Below are positions 9,482 to 18,626 of a stretch of 64,000 bases of DNA, one piece after another. A program made the position numbers and the translations under genes. How positions within the stretch are numbered: position 1 is the stretch's first letter; each line of letters opens with the position of its first letter. The notes under the pieces are model-generated. The model saw nothing but the letters and a program-made list of their open reading frames with translations. It searched no databases and was not told the origin of the DNA. The DNA is taken from the sequence record ON287370.1. The stretch is one strand, 5' to 3'.

Positions 9482-9507
9482 TACACTTAAATGATATAGA
9501 CCTAAAA
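9482..9507 (-). promoter_or_regulatory. Putative early (virion RNAP) promoter
   Basis: TTTTAGGTCTATATCATTTAAGTGTA on the minus strand; one of 7 copies of the motif. Confidence 0.6.
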
Positions 9508-9537
9508 TTTCTTTCAACTGAAATCTGAGACTATAAT

Positions 9538-9720
9538 TTATTCAAAGTCTTCGGGAACACTTTGATAATCTTCAAAATGTTCATCCATCAACTCTTCAAG
9601 TTCACTTCTGTTTTCTTCACCAGAGATACTAATGATCTCTTCCATTTTAGATTGAATCTCAGCATAGCTTGAATCAGGGTTAGCTGCTAAGAAATCTTCA
9701 AACTCTTCTACACCATTCAT
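9538..9720 (-). CDS. Small, very acidic protein
   Basis: 60 aa with 20 D/E versus 2 K/R; GGGGAA RBS. Confidence 0.6.
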   Translation of the reverse strand: MNGVEEFEDFLAANPDSSYAEIQSKMEEIISISGEENRSELEELMDEHFEDYQSVPEDFE

Positions 9721-9732
9721 TTCAAATTCCCC

Positions 9733-10161
9733 TTAACGATATTCTACCATTTGACGTTCACGGTTACCGATGCTGTGCCGAATCAGACGACGCAGGTCTT
9801 GGGCACCGAAGTTACGCAGTTGTAATTCTTTCCCACCTTTCATACTCATTAGGTTAGGAGATTTAATACGCCATTGAGCGAAGCGGAATACTTCTGGTTT
9901 CTCAGGCTCAACAAACATAAAGCGAACTTTACCTGCAACTTTATTACAGCCACGCATTTTAATCTCGTGACGTTCACGGAGTCCATTCACAATGAGAATG
10001 AATTCTTCACCTTCCTGAACATCATCCAAACCACCATGCATCAGGTTATCTGGAAGTGGGACAGGTTTGTTCAAATTGCTTGCCAGTTCCAGTCTATCAA
10101 TCAGGTTCATTTCTTCTTTAGTTACGGAAGGAACGAAGATGGAAGTGGTAAAGGTTTTCAT
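9733..10161 (-). CDS. Hypothetical protein
   Basis: 142-aa ORF with TAGGA RBS. Confidence 0.65.
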   Translation of the reverse strand: MKTFTTSIFVPSVTKEEMNLIDRLELASNLNKPVPLPDNLMHGGLDDVQEGEEFILIVNGLRERHEIKMRGCNKVAGKVRFMFVEPEKPEVFRFAQWRIKSPNLMSMKGGKELQLRNFGAQDLRRLIRHSIGNRERQMVEYR

Positions 10162-10282
10162 TGCTATTTCCTATATATGTTTAACGGTTATGTAAGAGCT
10201 TCTGAGAAGCTTTATCTATAAAAGCTAATACTTATCAGTCTTTATAACTAAAGTCTCTATAGGTCGATACAGACAGCAGAAT

Positions 10283-10310
10283 GGAGAACCGAGCCTCCGC
10301 CCAGTTCTCC
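10283..10310 (-). terminator. GC-rich hairpin downstream of the 801-aa gene
   Basis: GGAGAACTGGGC-GGAG-GCTCGGTTCTCC on the minus strand; weak U-tail. Confidence 0.45.
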
Positions 10311-10374
10311 AGTCAATAGCTATTTTAATTCATGAATTAACTTAGTTAATTTTTCTATCGTTTCCTTTACTCAT

Positions 10375-12780
10375 TTAGTCCATGATCGGATATGGGTGGC
10401 AATATGCTTGAGTTGAATCAATCGGTCGCAATGTCACAACAGACTCAGGATCGAATCCACTTGGAGTTACAGTGAAGACTTTGTTGCCGGAATCGGTTTC
10501 GAAACGAACCAACACTTGCGGAGTATCAGTGAAATGCTTCGCGGTGATTTTGGTTGCTTCTCGGATCATTGCAAAGAGTTCAGGGTTAACTGATTCTTTA
10601 ATTGTGATTGCTTCTACGGTATGTGGAGCTGGTTGTTTACGGATGTTGAAGAATACGGTATTGCGTTTAATGATTACAGCTTTCTCTGCAGACTTCATCA
10701 TTGCAGCTACAAAGATTTCATCATCGTCTTTACCATACTTCTCAGTATACACATCTTTCACTTGCTCAGCACTACACAGTACTTCAATACCCATGCGCAT
10801 GAAAGTATTGAAACGATAATCAGCAAATGCACGCAGAGTTGGGAGATCACTTTCTTTCAGGCAAGCTACCCAATCTTCCAGATCTTCAAAGATGTCAGAA
10901 GACTTCAGATAAGAGATATTGCCAGAATCGATGGATTCCTGTTTGGTCTCTGCATAACCACGAACTTCGATCAGATAACGGTTAACCAGATTAGTTACAT
11001 ATGGTTTAACGAAATCTTTGAACTCTTGATCTTCACATTCGTTATATGCACCACGGATCATTCGCAGTACTTGCAGGGTGTCGTCCATACCTGCAGTGTT
11101 GCCTTGTACCATTACACGGAACTGAGAATAGAAACGTTCCATGTTTACTTCTGGAGCCATCTGCCATTCGCGAGTAATCACCATTGGCATTACAAATGCA
11201 TCCAGTTTCTTTTTCGGATCATAAGTTTGAGTGAATACGTCCATGCGATTCAGGATGTGTTCATTACCCTGGTTAGCCTTCATCGGTTTGTTACCGATCA
11301 GGATATCAGGTTCTTTCTCCAGCTCTTTCATTTCACCTACTGGGATAACATGTCCTTCATTAGTGAACTTGTTAGTTTCCAGGATGGTTGGATCGAAAGT
11401 AGTTTTCTGAACACCATCTTCTTCATACATGTACGGTAACAGTTTATCAGGATTACTGATCAAAGTTCCCATGATATCAAATGCCTGTAATTTATGTTTA
11501 ACAAGACGGAAGTTGAATGTACCGTTTTGCCAGTCGAAACGATAGACAGGAATTGCACCTACACAACGTGTATCACGAACGCGGAATGGAATGCCATCGT
11601 CCATATCCATAACACGAGCAAAGTGCACCACATCCTTCTCACGAATTACCCACCACTCTGTACCAGGAATCTGAGAACCCCATTTGTCAATGGAATAACG
11701 CAGACGGTTTTCACGAGTCATGTCTTCCAGTTTCAGATCAGGTTGATCATAACCACCATAGGTCGTTTGCAGAATACGATCTTCCTGCTGAACCGGGGCC
11801 GGCTGTGGAGTATAACCTGCTGCTTTCTGACGGACATATTCCTGGAGTTCACGAAGACCGGCATCGTTAGTCTGACCTGTCAAACCAGCCATGTTTGGAT
11901 TATAGTTAGGATCGTAATACGTCCCAGCAAAACCCATGTCCATGATGTTACTGCTATCCAGAAGTGGGTTAGCCTGAGTTGTACGCTGTTGCATTTCACT
12001 CAAGCGACCTTTACGCCATGGACACTGAACATTCACAAAAGTAAACTTACTCAGAACCATGTCATACAGTTTAGGTTCCAGATCATTGAGCGTCTCCTTA
12101 ACTACTGGGGATGCATTATAATAAATCTGACTACCATCTGGATGCTGAGCCAGATAATCGAAATACTGCATGTAAATACCATCTACAGTACAACGATAAT
12201 ACATGTCATCAACAACACTTCGATCAGACCGCACGCGATCATCACCACGCATAATTGCGTTAGCGAATTCTGCAGTAAACATGATGGAGACGTTTGCCAG
12301 AATGAACTGATACAGAATCTGGTTACTATCGATCTCATCAATGAATGCACTCAGAGTTTGATCTGGTGGCATATTCTTACGAGGGGATTTGAAACGCTCC
12401 TTAGCTGCGCAGTGTACACGATAGAATGGGTTCTGAACGATACGACGTGCACAAATGTTAAAGATGTTTGTAGCCAGGTTCCCAGCATCTGCCAATGCTT
12501 GGGCTTTCATTTGTTCTTCAGCCGCATTATCTTCCAGACACAGTAAATGTGCATAGTTGTTGCGAGATGTTGCGGTGGAATACAAACTGGTTTGGCTGTT
12601 TGGATTATTAACTTGACCTGCGATCTTTGCAGAGAACCCCGCCAACTGAGCCAGAGGGTTATTGTTCTGCTGCATTTGCTGGGCCTGAGGTTGACCACCC
12701 AGGTTGCCATTCTGTTGGTTACCCATCAGAGTTTGTTGCTGGTTGGTACGACCGGTCAGTACTTGTGCGCCATTGTTCAT
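10375..12780 (-). CDS. Conserved phiKZ-like hypothetical protein with Q/N-rich N-terminus
   Basis: 801-aa ORF directly after the RNAP beta subunit gene, a conserved position in this group; AGGT RBS. Confidence 0.7.
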   Translation of the reverse strand: MNNGAQVLTGRTNQQQTLMGNQQNGNLGGQPQAQQMQQNNNPLAQLAGFSAKIAGQVNNPNSQTSLYSTATSRNNYAHLLCLEDNAAEEQMKAQALADAGNLATNIFNICARRIVQNPFYRVHCAAKERFKSPRKNMPPDQTLSAFIDEIDSNQILYQFILANVSIMFTAEFANAIMRGDDRVRSDRSVVDDMYYRCTVDGIYMQYFDYLAQHPDGSQIYYNASPVVKETLNDLEPKLYDMVLSKFTFVNVQCPWRKGRLSEMQQRTTQANPLLDSSNIMDMGFAGTYYDPNYNPNMAGLTGQTNDAGLRELQEYVRQKAAGYTPQPAPVQQEDRILQTTYGGYDQPDLKLEDMTRENRLRYSIDKWGSQIPGTEWWVIREKDVVHFARVMDMDDGIPFRVRDTRCVGAIPVYRFDWQNGTFNFRLVKHKLQAFDIMGTLISNPDKLLPYMYEEDGVQKTTFDPTILETNKFTNEGHVIPVGEMKELEKEPDILIGNKPMKANQGNEHILNRMDVFTQTYDPKKKLDAFVMPMVITREWQMAPEVNMERFYSQFRVMVQGNTAGMDDTLQVLRMIRGAYNECEDQEFKDFVKPYVTNLVNRYLIEVRGYAETKQESIDSGNISYLKSSDIFEDLEDWVACLKESDLPTLRAFADYRFNTFMRMGIEVLCSAEQVKDVYTEKYGKDDDEIFVAAMMKSAEKAVIIKRNTVFFNIRKQPAPHTVEAITIKESVNPELFAMIREATKITAKHFTDTPQVLVRFETDSGNKVFTVTPSGFDPESVVTLRPIDSTQAYCHPYPIMD

Positions 12781-12788
12781 ATTAATAC

Positions 12789-14486
12789 CTATTTATGTTC
12801 TCTAAACTTAAGTCTGTGTTCAGTAGCTTCATAAAGCTCTCGGTCTTCAGGTCGCAAACCAGTATACTTATCGTCGACCAAATGAACACGCGGCATAAAG
12901 AAGCCACGAGAATCTGGACTCGGTTTAGTAGAGAACTGATAAGACACCACGAATGGCTGAGAAGCATGAATGATACTACCGGGATGGTTGGGATCAAATT
13001 CTTCCTTCTTCTTACCAGGACCGCGATTGACGGTGGATTTGGTTTGAAGGATAATTCCCAGACCATAGTCGATGAATGGATTATCGGTACCAGTCTGTTC
13101 GAGTATGGTATTGTTTTCACGTACGGATTTATCAGCATTAAACAGACGGAAGTGTGCGTCAAGTTCACGGTTGATAATCTTTGGTGTGATATTACTTTTA
13201 TTACGAATCATGAACTTAAAGTCGTTCGCTTGGTGAATCAGGAAGTCAACGATGAATTCCATAGAAGCTACTTCTTTATGTAACATGTTCGCAGGATCAT
13301 ACAGCTTGATCAAGTTAGAATAGTTCATCATCAAATAGTTCAGCAACTCATAAGTGTCACGAACTTCAATGTCAAACTTATTATACTTGTCGATGGTGAT
13401 ATCATCAGCATATTCTTCTACAGAACTGAAGTGCTCGTTCATCTGACGCAGATAGACATCAGGTAGAGTTTTAGCTGGAAGGCGAATAGAACATCTGCCA
13501 ATGATCAGACGCCAATAGTTAATGTCATCCAGACGACGAATATCTAATTCATGACTGAAGACACCAAACATAAACAACAGGCCAGCAGTATACTGCAATG
13601 CCAAGTTGGATATCTCACCACCTTTATTAGCACTTTTAATTGCAATGGCTGGTTCATCTAACAGCGGAGCACCTTTAGGGCGATCGAATGCTTTTGGATG
13701 AATACAACCTGTGTTGGAATAGATCTGCCAACCTTCAGACTCTGGACAGATGTCGAGCAGAGTGTCAAGGGTATCGATCATGTAATCACATTCTGCAAAT
13801 TGTTTCATGCAGTGTGTGAACCCATATTTACCAAACACATACCAGGCCAGTAATGGGATAGGAACTTTCTTACTGGTAATCTTGCGATCGTTTTTGGAGT
13901 TATAGAAACGGTTTGCTGGAAGCGTCATATTGATCGCGCCAGTGTTGATTTTATTACCGCTGCGGAATACCCGGTTAAAGGTGTGGATCTCTTTAGTTAC
14001 TTTAAACTTATAACCCAGTACCCTGATGAAGATCGTTTTATCACGACCACCATCAACAGACGGACCACGTTCGGACAATACATACTGCATGGAATATGTA
14101 GAGTTACGAGTATAGACGTCGCCATAGATATTGGTATAAGGTAAGAACATCAGAGGGCATTTAAGTTCAGATTCGATTCCGGTTACTGGATCTTTAAAGT
14201 GGTTCTTAATGCGAACACCAAAGAAACTGTTCTTGGCAATCTCAAAGTCCTTAGTCCCACTGCTACTAGATCGAGTGATAGAGTTATAAAACTCCAGAGG
14301 ACAAACTTCCTCAATCCCATCGAAATAATAACCCTTTTCCTGTAGAGACCTGAACATGTTTTCGAAACACTTGGTCAGGTGTGGTACAATCCTGTCCATG
14401 TCCTTCTTATGCCACCCATCAACCAAAGCCTGGGTAAAGCCTCCGCGTTGCTTTCTCACCATCTTCAGAAATTGTGGATCCATCAT
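12789..14486 (-). CDS. rpoB: Non-virion RNA polymerase beta-like subunit, N-terminal part (phiKZ gp123-like)
   Basis: 565 aa; CPLEFY...FEIAK...MFLPYTNIYG...YVLSERG and LAWYVFGKYGF match the family; C-terminal HASQ...P...G motif; two genes after the major capsid gene. Confidence 0.8.
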   Translation of the reverse strand: MMDPQFLKMVRKQRGGFTQALVDGWHKKDMDRIVPHLTKCFENMFRSLQEKGYYFDGIEEVCPLEFYNSITRSSSSGTKDFEIAKNSFFGVRIKNHFKDPVTGIESELKCPLMFLPYTNIYGDVYTRNSTYSMQYVLSERGPSVDGGRDKTIFIRVLGYKFKVTKEIHTFNRVFRSGNKINTGAINMTLPANRFYNSKNDRKITSKKVPIPLLAWYVFGKYGFTHCMKQFAECDYMIDTLDTLLDICPESEGWQIYSNTGCIHPKAFDRPKGAPLLDEPAIAIKSANKGGEISNLALQYTAGLLFMFGVFSHELDIRRLDDINYWRLIIGRCSIRLPAKTLPDVYLRQMNEHFSSVEEYADDITIDKYNKFDIEVRDTYELLNYLMMNYSNLIKLYDPANMLHKEVASMEFIVDFLIHQANDFKFMIRNKSNITPKIINRELDAHFRLFNADKSVRENNTILEQTGTDNPFIDYGLGIILQTKSTVNRGPGKKKEEFDPNHPGSIIHASQPFVVSYQFSTKPSPDSRGFFMPRVHLVDDKYTGLRPEDRELYEATEHRLKFREHK

Positions 14487-14495
14487 AACTCCTAG

Positions 14496-15584
14496 TTACA
14501 TCGCTCTTAATAAAGAAGCAAAGCTAATGAATGTTTTAATGTTGGTGACCACGAGACTTATTAATCTCGAAATTCCACCTAAAGCATTATTAACGTTGTT
14601 TTCTTTTAGATTTTCCGTAGTGACTGCGTGTTTAAAATCACTGTGGGCTTTATTGATCTTATCGATAACTGATCTACTTTCCAGCTCATCAATTTTACTT
14701 GCGAGTTTCTTGTTCTCAGTTCTCAGATCTTTACATTCTTTTCTTATTTTGTCTCTCTCGGTCATAACCGTTATGGTATACTCTCCTAAGCCAAATTTTC
14801 TGGCATCTATTTCAGTACGATGTATATTCAGTCCTAACATTCTTTTAGGTTGAATAAGTTCTTCAATCGGAATAAATTCTTTATGCTCTAATCCTAGTCC
14901 GCCGGCTAAATATAGCCCTTCTGCTTGCTCCTCATCTTTTACTGGGATAATCCTGGTCACTTCGCCGAACCCTGTGGTCCATAAAGTACCAACTCGATTA
15001 TGGTTATCAATTAATCTGGCAGAGAACAAAGTACGAATACCTTTATCTGTACCTCCATCAGCTTTCTCATCAACTTCTTTCAATTCCTGCATTATGATAT
15101 CGTTGATATATCCTTCTGGAGTATTGCCATGCGATTTATCAACAATGTTATTTGTTGCACGGATGGTAATTCCCAACAGGTTGGATTTAGCAACTGTATT
15201 CTGCAGATAGAAGTCTAAACGTATTTCTGCCTGACAAGGTACTCGAATCTGATTGTGTTCAGATTCATAAGCCCCTATTCTATTTTCCCTTGCATGATCG
15301 ACAGCTGCCTTGAAAGATTCAAGATACATTCTGTCTGCAGCAAGTTGTGCATCCGTACTTGGAACCCTAACACGTCTAGGATCGATTAAGCGAGTTACCC
15401 TGATGATTACCTTCCCTCGGTCCTCCAACCTTGCTGGGCGTTCATCAGATCGCAGTACTTCACATTCTACACCTAACTTATCAGTGATAGTGATATCAAA
15501 GTCAGTATAGTTGAAATACTCGATTCCTTCGACATATGGAGTGTCCCAGCCGTGATGCCAATTATCACCGCTAACTTTGGCCAC
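14496..15584 (-). CDS. Conserved hypothetical protein (between capsid and nvRNAP beta-N genes)
   Basis: GTG start with AGAGGA RBS; C-terminal coiled coil; synteny. Confidence 0.7.
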   Translation of the reverse strand: MAKVSGDNWHHGWDTPYVEGIEYFNYTDFDITITDKLGVECEVLRSDERPARLEDRGKVIIRVTRLIDPRRVRVPSTDAQLAADRMYLESFKAAVDHARENRIGAYESEHNQIRVPCQAEIRLDFYLQNTVAKSNLLGITIRATNNIVDKSHGNTPEGYINDIIMQELKEVDEKADGGTDKGIRTLFSARLIDNHNRVGTLWTTGFGEVTRIIPVKDEEQAEGLYLAGGLGLEHKEFIPIEELIQPKRMLGLNIHRTEIDARKFGLGEYTITVMTERDKIRKECKDLRTENKKLASKIDELESRSVIDKINKAHSDFKHAVTTENLKENNVNNALGGISRLISLVVTNIKTFISFASLLRAM

Positions 15585-15619
15585 TTATATATCCTCTTAT
15601 TTATAAACGATCATACGTT

Positions 15620-15646
15620 TACAAGTAGATAATATCTGCCTAAACA
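15620..15646 (-). promoter_or_regulatory. Putative early promoter
   Basis: TGTTTAGGCAGATATTATCTACTTGTA on the minus strand, upstream of the operon containing nvRNAP beta-N. Confidence 0.65.
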
Positions 15647-15679
15647 TTTTTAGAGATAATTTTCGATAGACAGCAAAAA

Positions 15680-15713
15680 CCCCCTACCCCAGGCTATGCC
15701 CAGGGTAGGAGGG
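15680..15713 (-). terminator. Major capsid gene terminator hairpin (CCCTAC family)
   Basis: Imperfect CCCCTACCC...GGGTAGGAGGG stem, followed by TTTTTG on the minus strand. Confidence 0.7.
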
Positions 15714-15752
15714 AAGCTATTGCTTATTTGAGAGATCGTTTACAATGTACTA

Positions 15753-17924
15753 TTATGGTACATCGATAGCGATTTCTTTACCAGTGCCTTCAGTCTTGCC
15801 TTCAACAGCAATCTTACCACTGATTTCAGCCAGGTGTTTGTTCACTTTAGTGATCAGACCTTCGTCGCCCAGCAGAGACTGGATGTCTTCGATGGTTACG
15901 CGGCCAACAACTGGGCACAGCGGGTGGTGCTGGTAAGCAGGCTGAGTGATGATCATGCGGTATTGACGATCAGCCTGGTTTACAGAGCCTTCGATAACCA
16001 GCAGTTCTTTAGCTACACAAACACCCATACCACCGAAGATGTCAACAGAACCTTCTTTAGTCATGGAGGTTGGAACGATCCACATACGACCTACTTCAGA
16101 GCTGATGTTAGTTTCAACGATGTTGAACTTAACATTTTCACCGAAGGTACGGTAGTCACCGGTGGTCATCAGGAACGGAGCCAGCGCAGCGTGAGCTACG
16201 ATGGTGTAAGACTCAGGACGGTTGTCCAGTTCTTTCAGAGCAGAGATGTTCGAGTTAACACGCAGAGCAGTGATCACGTCGTAGATCTTGTTGACGAGGG
16301 TTGCTTCGATGTTGTCACGAGTATCTTTGCTATCCAGGGTAGATACTTCTTTAACCAGGTTCAGAGTTGCTTCGATACCAGTGGTACCCAGGAAGTGCTG
16401 ACCAGGCAGTACGGAAGAGGAATCGTCGTTGATGTTAACGATCTTCATACCGTTGTTGTCGTAGACGTAGTTAAAGTGGATATTAGCCGCTTTAAATGCA
16501 TCGTGAGACATGTTACGGGTAACCATTACGTCCATCTGCTGTACCAGCATTGCCAGTACGTCAGCGTTGTTATCTTCGTTCAGCATTGGATACTTAACAG
16601 AGATAGGTTGACGACGGTTGATGTTGTAAGATTTAACGGTGTTAGCGTAAACAACAGTAGTACCATAACGGCTACGGTTGGTGTTCGCGTGGTTCAGTTT
16701 CAGCAGGATACCGTGGATAGAAGCTTCCAGTGCCTGAGCAGTGATCAGAGCAGTGATGTCTTCTGGCATGCCTGGAGTACCTGGGACCAGTTTGTCGCCG
16801 TCTTTGTTAATCACGTAAGCGATAGCAACAGGAGAAACGGTTGGAGACCAGCTACGGGTAGAACGGCTGTAAGTAGCGCTCAGCTCGAAGCTCAGGAATA
16901 CTTTCAGACCAGCGTCAGTCAGAGACTTGAACAGTTCGGTAGCTTTACCGTCTTTGTCTTTCAGGTTGGTTACATTGATGCCGTTCAGAACGAAGTTGAT
17001 CTGACGTTTTTCATCGGAAGTAACACCAGTAGAAGGACGAGCAGCAACGCCAGCCATGTTTTCGGTGTCCAGAGTTACAAAGCCTTCACCATCTTTGGTT
17101 TTAACTTTGAACAGCAGGGACTGCAGACGGATCGAAGAAGCTTCGATTTCATCGTTCTGCTCGAATGGTGCAGCACCAGGTGCACGGCACAGGCTCAGCA
17201 GGTTGTTGATTTTGCGAACGGCCAGGTAGTTGGTTTTATGAGTTTCACGGCCCAGCAGGTCGTTAGCGTCATAAGTAGCATCCCATGGAGCCCAATCAGC
17301 AGAAGGAACGAACATAGCGGTGTTCGCATCAGCTGGGTTAGCAGGCAGTACAGGAACCAGTTTCAGGTCGTCACCAGCGTTGAAGGTGGAGTCAGCCAGA
17401 ACGGAAGCGATAGGACGCAGATCTTCCCAAGCTTCGTTAGCGTTACCAGAGCTGTTATATGCACCAACACCAGCGATGTCGATTGGCAGAACCAGAGCTT
17501 CTTGATCGTAAGGAACAACCAGAGTCGGGAACAGAGCTTCAGCAGCAGCCCACTGACGGTTAGAACGGGCGTTCAGGTCGATGGTGGCAGCTTTCTGACG
17601 AGCAACAGCACCTTGATCCAACTGCATGGAGAAGGATTCCATACCGCCGTGTTTGATCATGTCCTGCAGCTGTTGTGCACGCTGGTTGAAGTTCTGAGTA
17701 CCGTTGATTGCAGAGCTAACTGCATTCTTCTGGTTGTAACCCATGGACTTTTCAAAGTTACGCAGGGTAGAACTCATGGATTCTTTACCAACGATGCTTT
17801 CCAGACCCAGGTTAGCGCCAGTGTGCGCAGAAGGGTTGGTGGAGAAACCGTTGATCAAGGCTTTAAGATCAGCACCAGATTTAGAGGTGATGAAATGGAA
17901 GTTCTTAGAAATTTCTTGAGACAT
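15753..17924 (-). CDS. Major capsid protein (phiKZ gp120-like)
   Basis: 723 aa; GMESF cleavage-type site, AAAEALFPT.VV, I...PAY.H...CPV motif; strong codon bias; synteny with DnaB and RNAP. Confidence 0.9.
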   Translation of the reverse strand: MSQEISKNFHFITSKSGADLKALINGFSTNPSAHTGANLGLESIVGKESMSSTLRNFEKSMGYNQKNAVSSAINGTQNFNQRAQQLQDMIKHGGMESFSMQLDQGAVARQKAATIDLNARSNRQWAAAEALFPTLVVPYDQEALVLPIDIAGVGAYNSSGNANEAWEDLRPIASVLADSTFNAGDDLKLVPVLPANPADANTAMFVPSADWAPWDATYDANDLLGRETHKTNYLAVRKINNLLSLCRAPGAAPFEQNDEIEASSIRLQSLLFKVKTKDGEGFVTLDTENMAGVAARPSTGVTSDEKRQINFVLNGINVTNLKDKDGKATELFKSLTDAGLKVFLSFELSATYSRSTRSWSPTVSPVAIAYVINKDGDKLVPGTPGMPEDITALITAQALEASIHGILLKLNHANTNRSRYGTTVVYANTVKSYNINRRQPISVKYPMLNEDNNADVLAMLVQQMDVMVTRNMSHDAFKAANIHFNYVYDNNGMKIVNINDDSSSVLPGQHFLGTTGIEATLNLVKEVSTLDSKDTRDNIEATLVNKIYDVITALRVNSNISALKELDNRPESYTIVAHAALAPFLMTTGDYRTFGENVKFNIVETNISSEVGRMWIVPTSMTKEGSVDIFGGMGVCVAKELLVIEGSVNQADRQYRMIITQPAYQHHPLCPVVGRVTIEDIQSLLGDEGLITKVNKHLAEISGKIAVEGKTEGTGKEIAIDVP

Positions 17925-18037
17925 AGTTAAAATACCTTTTACAAAGTCTTTTTGAAAACAAATATATTTGTTCGCGTTAGCTAATATTTTTACGCATAAG
18001 ATAGATATACGCTAGATATCAACTGTTACACAAAGTA

Positions 18038-18589
18038 TTAGCTGATAACTTTAGAAACTAAATAACCGAGATCAATATAGTTTCTTTGGCTTACTGTTTC
18101 TTTTAAATCTTTGGTTGGACGGAAGTACAATTCAAAAATACTAAACGAAGACAGCAGTGCCTGGTAAAGAGAACTGGCCAGGTTCCCCTGCACATTTGTA
18201 AACCAGTTGCTATTCACAGTATTATTACTGTTAAGGATAAACAACTTACCATTAAAGAGATGGTAGTAGAACTGATGACCTAAATTAATACGAGAGTCAG
18301 AATTAATTACTTCATCATATTTTGTTTTATAGACCACGCCTTTACGATTAATGTCACCGATTGTAATATCACTGGCATAATCATAAGTTGTACTCTTGAA
18401 ACCACATAATTGTTTTTCTACACCACGTTGGAACTTAAGCCATTCCAGACAGTCTTCATCTGAGACCTCCGGGAACTTCGGTAGCAACGGCAATTGTGAG
18501 AGTTCAAGACCTAAAGAATTCAACAGTTCGAAGTGATGTTCTTGAAGGAAGTACACCTCGATGTCACTTTGACCAGATTTAAAGATCAT
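18038..18589 (-). CDS. Head-associated protein (phiKZ gp119 position)
   Basis: 183-aa ORF between DnaB and capsid; AAGG RBS. Confidence 0.55.
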   Translation of the reverse strand: MIFKSGQSDIEVYFLQEHHFELLNSLGLELSQLPLLPKFPEVSDEDCLEWLKFQRGVEKQLCGFKSTTYDYASDITIGDINRKGVVYKTKYDEVINSDSRINLGHQFYYHLFNGKLFILNSNNTVNSNWFTNVQGNLASSLYQALLSSFSIFELYFRPTKDLKETVSQRNYIDLGYLVSKVIS

Positions 18590-18626
18590 AACCTTACCTT
18601 TAAAGTTTTATACCTAGGAGCAATAA

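Noticed and set aside
10314-10366. Peptide-like minus-strand frame ETIEKLTKLIHELK in the palindromic gap
   Set aside because: No in-frame start codon after the upstream stop; better explained by the AT-rich dyads.
10621-12546. 272- and 350-aa antisense ORFs (also 58861..59610 and many shorter ones)
   Set aside because: In-register shadows of real genes, with atypical composition.
15834-17930. 698-aa antisense ORF over the major capsid gene
   Set aside because: It is codon-for-codon in register with the sense gene. It stays open because the highly expressed gene avoids TTA/CTA/TCA codons, and the product has no protein-like motifs.
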